The notes under the pieces: model-generated
Told to the model about the DNA's origin: nothing
Seen by the model: the letters and a program-made list of their open reading frames with translations, nothing else
The model's database searches: none
Assembly: GCA_046760225.1 (NCBI GenBank)
Contig: JBHIDR010000046.1
Span: 1 to 4,384 of the forward strand
From: Candidatus Aenigmatarchaeota archaeon
Lineage (GTDB): Archaea > Aenigmatarchaeota > Aenigmatarchaeia > Aenigmatarchaeales > JACQIB01
Reading direction: 5' to 3'
DNA length: 4,384 nt
Shown here: positions 1-4,384 of the stretch, piece after piece
Layout of the letters: the number at the start of each line of letters is the position of its first letter
How positions within the stretch are numbered: position 1 is the stretch's first letter
Position numbers and translations under genes: made by a program

Positions 1-1
1 A

Positions 2-217
2 GTGAGGAAAGCCGTTATAACGTCTCCCCAGAGGAGAATCGACCTTGCATTAAGGCTGATAACACAGGGGAGCTACCAGAAGTCCCATGGAAAGGGAAAG
101 AAGATGGAAGAGGCACTGGCAAACGAACTCATTGCATGCTATGATTATGATTCTTCAAAATCCACTGCAATAAGGGAAAAGGAAAGAATAGAAAGAGAGG
201 CTGCGGGAGCAAGGTAA
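2..217 (+). CDS. rpsG: 30S ribosomal protein uS7, C-terminal part (5' truncated by the window edge)
   Basis: Translation ..KAVITSPQRRIDLALRLITQG..EEALANELI..AIREKERIEREAAGAR* matches the archaeal uS7 C-terminus (SPxRRxDLALR; K/ExERxAxxAR). It lies upstream of EF-2, as in str operons. Stop TAA 215-217. Confidence 0.93.
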   Translation: MRKAVITSPQRRIDLALRLITQGSYQKSHGKGKKMEEALANELIACYDYDSSKSTAIREKERIEREAAGAR

Positions 218-220
218 TAG

Positions 221-236
221 CAAAAAGATTTAAATA
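221..236 (+). promoter_or_regulatory. Putative archaeal promoter: purine-rich BRE (CAAAAAGA, 221-228) plus TATA box (TTTAAATA, 229-236)
   Basis: Consensus-like TTTAWATA box directly preceded by an A-rich BRE. It would place the start site near 258-263, just upstream of the SD of ORF 280. Confidence 0.65.
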
Positions 237-267
237 TACTTCTACTGTATAATTGGAACATATCAAT

Positions 268-273
268 AGGTGA
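268..273 (+). promoter_or_regulatory. Shine-Dalgarno site AGGTGA for ORF 280..516
   Basis: Archaeal-type GGTGA SD, 6 nt before ATG 280. Confidence 0.75.
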
Positions 274-279
274 AAACAA

Positions 280-516
280 ATGGCAGAAAAAGTAGAATTC
301 CAGACAATCAAAGCAGAAGAAACAAAGTTCGGAACCAACAACTTTATAGAGGTTGCAAGAAAGAAGGCAATATCCGAGAGAGGTGAGAACGAGTTTATCT
401 CTGTTTCCAGGGGGTTCTTTGCACCCGATGGAACAAAGCGTTTCACCAAGAGCATTGCAATTCCTGTGGAAGTTGTTGATTTCGTTGCAGAGAAACTGAA
501 GGTTGTCAAGGAGTAA
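280..516 (+). CDS. Small hypothetical protein (78 aa); possibly a PC4/Whirly-like nucleic-acid-binding fold
   Basis: ATG with SD and upstream TATA box, co-oriented with the operon, protein-like composition. Alternating beta-strand patterns (NFIEVARK, EFISVSRGFF, RFTKSIAIP) are followed by an amphipathic C-terminal helix (VEVVDFVAEKLK). The fold call is inference only. Confidence 0.8.
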   Translation: MAEKVEFQTIKAEETKFGTNNFIEVARKKAISERGENEFISVSRGFFAPDGTKRFTKSIAIPVEVVDFVAEKLKVVKE

Positions 517-521
517 TTTCA

Positions 522-562
522 AGCCAATAAGAACCCAAGAATGGGTGTTTCCTTACTTGGTT
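522..562 (+). other. Intergenic imperfect stem-loop upstream of EF-2
   Basis: AGCCAA 522-527 pairs with TTGGTT 557-562 (one G-U). TAAG 528-531 pairs with CTTA 552-555. ACCCA 533-537 pairs with TGGGT 542-546. Loop AGAA. Confidence 0.45.
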
Positions 563-586
563 AGGTATGTGGAAAACTAAAAACAA

Positions 587-592
587 AGGAGG
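587..592 (+). promoter_or_regulatory. Shine-Dalgarno site AGGAGG for EF-2 (ATG 600)
   Basis: Strong SD 7 nt upstream of ATG 600-602, which opens an EF-2-like N-terminus. Confidence 0.8.
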
Positions 593-599
593 ATGAAAA

Positions 600-3500
600 A
601 TGGTAGCAAAGGAAGAATATTCCGAGAAAGTGCAGGCTCTAATGAGCAACCCCAAGAACATCCGCAACATAGGCATTGTTTCGCATAACTTCTTCAGTTG
701 TGGTTGAGAAGTGCGAAAATACATCATGGAAAATGCATATCCAAGGATGCCCGCATTATGATAGATGACGGGAGACTTATAGCTGCTAAGGATATTTTCA
801 AACAACTTTCTCCGCTAGGTAGACCCATCAAGAATAGTGATAATGAGGTTGTTTATGACGTGAGTAAGTGCGGCCTGAGGGTGCTCTCGCTTAATAAAAA
901 CAATATGAAACTAGAAAGCAAAGAGATACGTCTCATTTGGAAGCTTAAGACCTCCGAAGAGCTTTTCAATGTGGAGCTTGACAGCGGATTATCTGTAGCA
1001 ACGACACCTGAGCACTTATTTTTGACGTTCGATGGTAAGGACATCAAAGAAGTTCCCGCAGAACATCTTAGGGAAGGACAATTCATCATATGTGCAAGGA
1101 CTGTGAACTATAATCCTGCTTCCATTGAGGAAATGAAGAGGGAGATTATGTTAAAACTCTCCGGACGACAGGAATTTATAGTCAAGTTGAATGATATCTT
1201 CGCATCTGAGATAAAGAGCAGAATAATGGATATCGGGATAGAAGAAGTATGGAAGAGTATAGCCACACATTATAAGAAAAAGGACTTTTATTCATCATGC
1301 ATCTATCATGGGAGATACAGATTAAGGGACATCGTGGCTTTGTGCAAGTACTTCGAAGTAGGCCTTGACAGGCTCTATGACTCCATTGAGAATATTGCTT
1401 ATAGAAAAAGCTTGAAGAAACACGGTAAGCTATCAACAAGGATGAAACTTCCGAAAAGTGAAAAGGGCTTTTCTGAGCTGCTTTATGCGATAGGACTCAT
1501 ATTCGGGGATGGCTGCAGGACATTTATAACAAATAATAATGAACATTTGCAGAAAAGATTCTTGTATATAATGAAAATGTTAGGCTTTAGGCCAACAGTT
1601 GAAAAGAGAGCCAACAGGGCAACCAATGTTCTAAGCAACGGTGGAATGACATTCTTAAACTTCATGATAGAAGTGTTTGATTATCCCATAAAAGATAAGA
1701 CGAAGAGCATAAGAATATCAGAGTTCATAGAAATGCTGGATAAAAGATTCATAGCAAGTTTTCTGCGCGGCTATTTTGACGCGGACGGTACAATTGAAAG
1801 AGGAAGGAGCGCCATTTCGATTACTTCCATGAGCAATAGAATGCTGAAAGACCTGCAACTGTTATTATTGAGATTCGGTTGCCAGTCAACCTTGAACAAG
1901 GACACCCTATACATATCAGGTCAGTCTGCAAGGATGTTTGCGTATAGGATAGGTTTTTCAACTGATGGCAAGATTTCGAGAATGAACAAGCTCGTGGGAA
2001 AGGCAAAATCCTCGAAGAATACGGATGTCGTGCCAGTTGATGCATCGTTGCTCTCATTTGCTGGATCTAGATTCAGGGGATATAAGGTAGGAGATTTAAC
2101 GGCCACGTCCTTTTCGTTGCAAAGTATGACTGAGGGCATAGAGTATGTTCCTTCAACTATAAAAAAAATAATGGACGGTGACGTGAGTTTTGTTAAGGTC
2201 AAGTCCATAGAGAGAACAAGGGAAAATGAAGTATTTGATTTTACAATCCCAGATAATCATAACTTTATTGCTGAAGGAATGATTATACATAATACTTGCC
2301 TCACGGACAACCTGGCCGCCGCGGCAGGGATGATGGCAAGGGACCTTGTTGGAGAAAGGATGCTCACATGGATCGACGAACAGGAAAGAGAGCGGCTCAT
2401 GACAATCTACGGTGCAACAGTAACAATGGCGCACGAATATGAGGGTGAGAAGTACCTCATCAACCTTCTGGATACTCCTGGCCATGTTGATTTTGGCGCA
2501 GACGTTACGCAGGCTATGCGTGCTGTTGATGGAGGAGTGGTTCTGGTCTGCGCTGTTGAGGGAATAATGCCACAGACAGAGACAGTGCTAAAGCAGGCAC
2601 TGGCTGAAAGGGTAAAGCCTGTTCTTTTTATCAACAAGGTGGACAGGGCAATAAAGGAACTGAAGCTCACGCCCGAGGCGCTCCAGAAAAGGCTAGCTAG
2701 GATAGTAGTCAATGTCAACAAATTTATCCAGCGTCATGTTGAAGAACAGTACAGGGACAAGTGGGTGGTAAAAGTAGAGGACGGCTCTGTTGCATTCGGC
2801 TCTGCACTGAGGAAGTGGGCAATATCAATTCCTGCTATGAAGAAGTTCAATGTAACTTTCAAGGACATCATAGAACTATGCGCTGCTGGCAAGGATGAAG
2901 AGCTGGCAAACAGGGCACCAATGAACATTGTTGTCATGGACATGGTTGTGAAGCACCTTCCTGCTCCAACAGAAGCGCAAAGGTACAGGATAGAGAAGGT
3001 ATGGAAAGGTGATCCAGAGAGTGAAGTGGGCAAGCAGCTAATGAGCTGCGATCCCGATGGGAAGCTGGCTGCTGCGATAACAAAGGTTGTTTATGACCCC
3101 CATGCAGGCATGATTTCAACTGCAAGGATATTCTCAGGAAAACTGAGAAAAGGGGAGACAGTATACCTGCATGACCTGGGAAGGCAGGCCAAGATACAGC
3201 AGGTAACAACCTTCATAGCAGACAAGAGAATACCTGTTGAGGTCACTCCTGCTGGAAACATTGTGGGACTGGTGGGGCTGACAGAAGCAATTGTAGGAGA
3301 GACAATGTGCGACCCTGAGTTCATTATCGAGCCCTTTGAAGCAATAACACATATATTCGAGCCTGTTGTCACAAAGGCAATCGAGCCCAAGAGCCCGCAG
3401 GACCTGCCAAAGCTCATAGACATCCTCAAGACACTCAACAGGGAGGACCCCACACTCAGGATAAAAATAAACCCTGAGACAGGAGAGACACTTGTCTCAG

Positions 3501-4378
3501 GCCTGGGAGAGCTCCATCTTGATGCCAAGGTAGAGAGGAAGATAAAGGAAAAGGGAATTGAGATCCATGCATCCCCGCCCATAGTTGTTTACAGGGAAAC
3601 AGTCACGGGCGAGAGCCCTGAGATAGAGGGAAAGAGCCCGAACAAGCACAACAGGTTCTATATCTCTGTTGAGCCCATGCCAGCTGAAATCTACAGGGCA
3701 ATGATGGAGGGTGTGATAAAGGACGCTGATATAAAGGGAAAGAAGGTTGAGATACTAAAAGAGCTTGAAAAGGTTGGCATGAGCAGGGACGATGCAAAGA
3801 ACACAAAGATTATTCATAATCACTGCATTTTCATTGATGACACAAAGGGAATACAGTACCTGAACGAGGCAATGGAACTGATAAAGGACGCTTTCAAGAG
3901 GGCGGTGGACGAGGGACCGCAGGCAAAGGAGCCCTGTGCAGCAATCATAGTGAGGCTGACTGATGCTTCCCTGCACGAGGATGCTGTGCACAGGGGGCCT
4001 GCGCAGGTGATGCCTGCTGTAAGGATTGCAATACATGAGGCAATGCTGAAAGGAGGCACAGGCATGCTGGAACCAAAGCAGATATTGAGAATAGACACGC
4101 CGCAGGACTACATAGGAAATGTCTCAGGCGAGGTGAACAACAGGAGAGGGGAGATAATGAACATAGAGCAGGAGGAATTCTCTTCTGTTCTTACTGTGAA
4201 GCTGCCTGTTGCAGAAATGTTCGGGTTTGAGGGACAGCTGAAGAGCGCAACAGGAGGAAAAGGTTTCCAGTCGCTAATGGATGTTGTGTTCGAGAAGGTG
4301 CCAAAGGACCTTGTGCCGCAGGTAGTTGGCAGGATAAGGGACAGGAAGGGCCTTCCAAGGGAACTTACAAGGGTGTGA
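600..4378 (+). CDS. fusA: Archaeal elongation factor EF-2, join(600..686,719..4378); 1248-aa precursor containing a 520-aa intein; mature protein 728 aa
   Basis: Exon 1 encodes MVAKEEYSEKVQALMSNPKNIRNIGIVSH (EF-2 IRNIGI motif). G1 continues IHHGK/TCLTDNL. Also present: G3 LINLLDTPGHVDFG, G4 FINKVD, G5 AFGSA, domain III EDPTL..SGLGELHL, PIVVYRETV, KSPNKHNRF, diphthamide loop LHEDAVHRGPAQ, and C-terminal RRGEI..PVAEMFGF..LKSATGG..IRDRKGL. Stop TGA 4376-4378. Confidence 0.96.
687..718 (+). other. Putative 32-nt BHB (tRNA-endonuclease-type) intron in the EF-2 mRNA
   Basis: Removing 687-718 joins TCG CAT to ATA CAT CAT GGA AAA (S-H-I-H-H-G-K), restoring frame and P-loop. Predicted fold: central 4-bp helix UCGC 681-684/GCGA 713-716, 3-nt bulges AUA 685-687 and AAA 717-719, intron stem ACUUCU 688-693/AGAAGU 707-712. 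Cutting after the 2nd nt of each bulge gives 686^687 and 718^719. Confidence 0.85.
734..2293 (+). mobile_element. Intein (520 aa) with LAGLIDADG homing endonuclease, inserted in EF-2 G1 between Lys and Thr
   Basis: Block A CISKDARIMIDDG (Cys1 at 734), block B TTPEHLF (from 1001), block C LLYAIGLIFGDG (1478-1513), block E FLRGYFDADG (1760-1789), block F VFDFTIPDNHNFIAEG, block G IIHN ending at 2293, +1 Thr at 2294. Excision yields HHGK-TCLTDNL. Confidence 0.96.
3971..4006 (+). other. EF-2 domain IV diphthamide loop (LHEDAVHRGPAQ); target His codon 3989-3991
   Basis: The HRG motif characteristic of archaeal/eukaryotic EF-2 is intact; this distinguishes it from bacterial EF-G. Confidence 0.85.
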
Positions 4379-4384
4379 GACAGT

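Noticed and set aside
593..688. ATG 593 ORF in the same frame as the EF-2 body, with readthrough of TAA 686-688
   Set aside because: Its peptide (MKNGSKGRIFRESAG...) is not EF-2-like, and the ATG abuts the SD with no spacer.
705..707. TGA as selenocysteine or a recoded codon
   Set aside because: Readthrough stays in the wrong frame for EF-2, and TGA serves as the stop at 4376-4378.
688..717. Alternative BHB register (helix CGCA/UGCG, bulges UAA and AAA) excising 30 nt
   Set aside because: Removing 30 nt leaves the EF-2 body out of frame; only the 32-nt excision is productive.
698..718. ORF-track start TTG 698 (MWLRSAK...) as the true EF-2 N-terminus
   Set aside because: It lacks an SD and omits the conserved IRNIGIxxH strand and half of G1, which are encoded at 600-686 in another frame.
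686..720. Programmed -1 frameshift or single-base sequencing error as the cause of the frame break
   Set aside because: Either would leave about 10 extra residues inside the P-loop. There is no canonical slippery heptamer before TGA 705, and neither explains a self-complementary insert with BHB-compatible ends.
2161..2168. A8 homopolymer in the intein as a slippage or phase-variation site
   Set aside because: The frame is intact (I-K-K-I), and such runs are expected in Lys-rich, AT-rich coding sequence.
129..4098. Minus-strand ORFs in the track (e.g. 129-509, 506-805, 3091-3582)
   Set aside because: They are antisense shadows of well-supported + strand genes with no recognisable motifs.
600..4378. 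fusA as a pseudogene
   Set aside because: The other 3.6 kb is an uninterrupted frame with G3-G5, domain III-V motifs and intein residues intact, at the expected locus of an essential gene.

Overview
Archaeal str-type translation locus on the + strand: the 3' end of rpsG (uS7), a 78-aa hypothetical gene with its own TATA/BRE promoter and SD site, and an elongation factor EF-2 gene (fusA) interrupted twice within the GTP-binding P-loop (G1). The ORF track start at 698 is wrong. The true start is ATG 600, behind an AGGAGG SD. The N-terminal frame (MVAKEEY...IRNIGIVSH) is broken by a 32-nt self-complementary insert (687-718) that carries a stop codon and shifts the frame. The insert folds into a relaxed bulge-helix-bulge (BHB) motif. 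Its predicted endonuclease cut sites remove exactly those 32 nt and restore SH|IHHGK, so it is a candidate tRNA-type intron in an essential mRNA. Fifteen nt downstream, a 520-aa LAGLIDADG intein (734-2293) sits between the P-loop Lys and Thr. Making the 728-aa EF-2 would need RNA splicing and then protein splicing. Divergent G1 and switch I motifs tentatively suggest a DPANN-type archaeon (inference).
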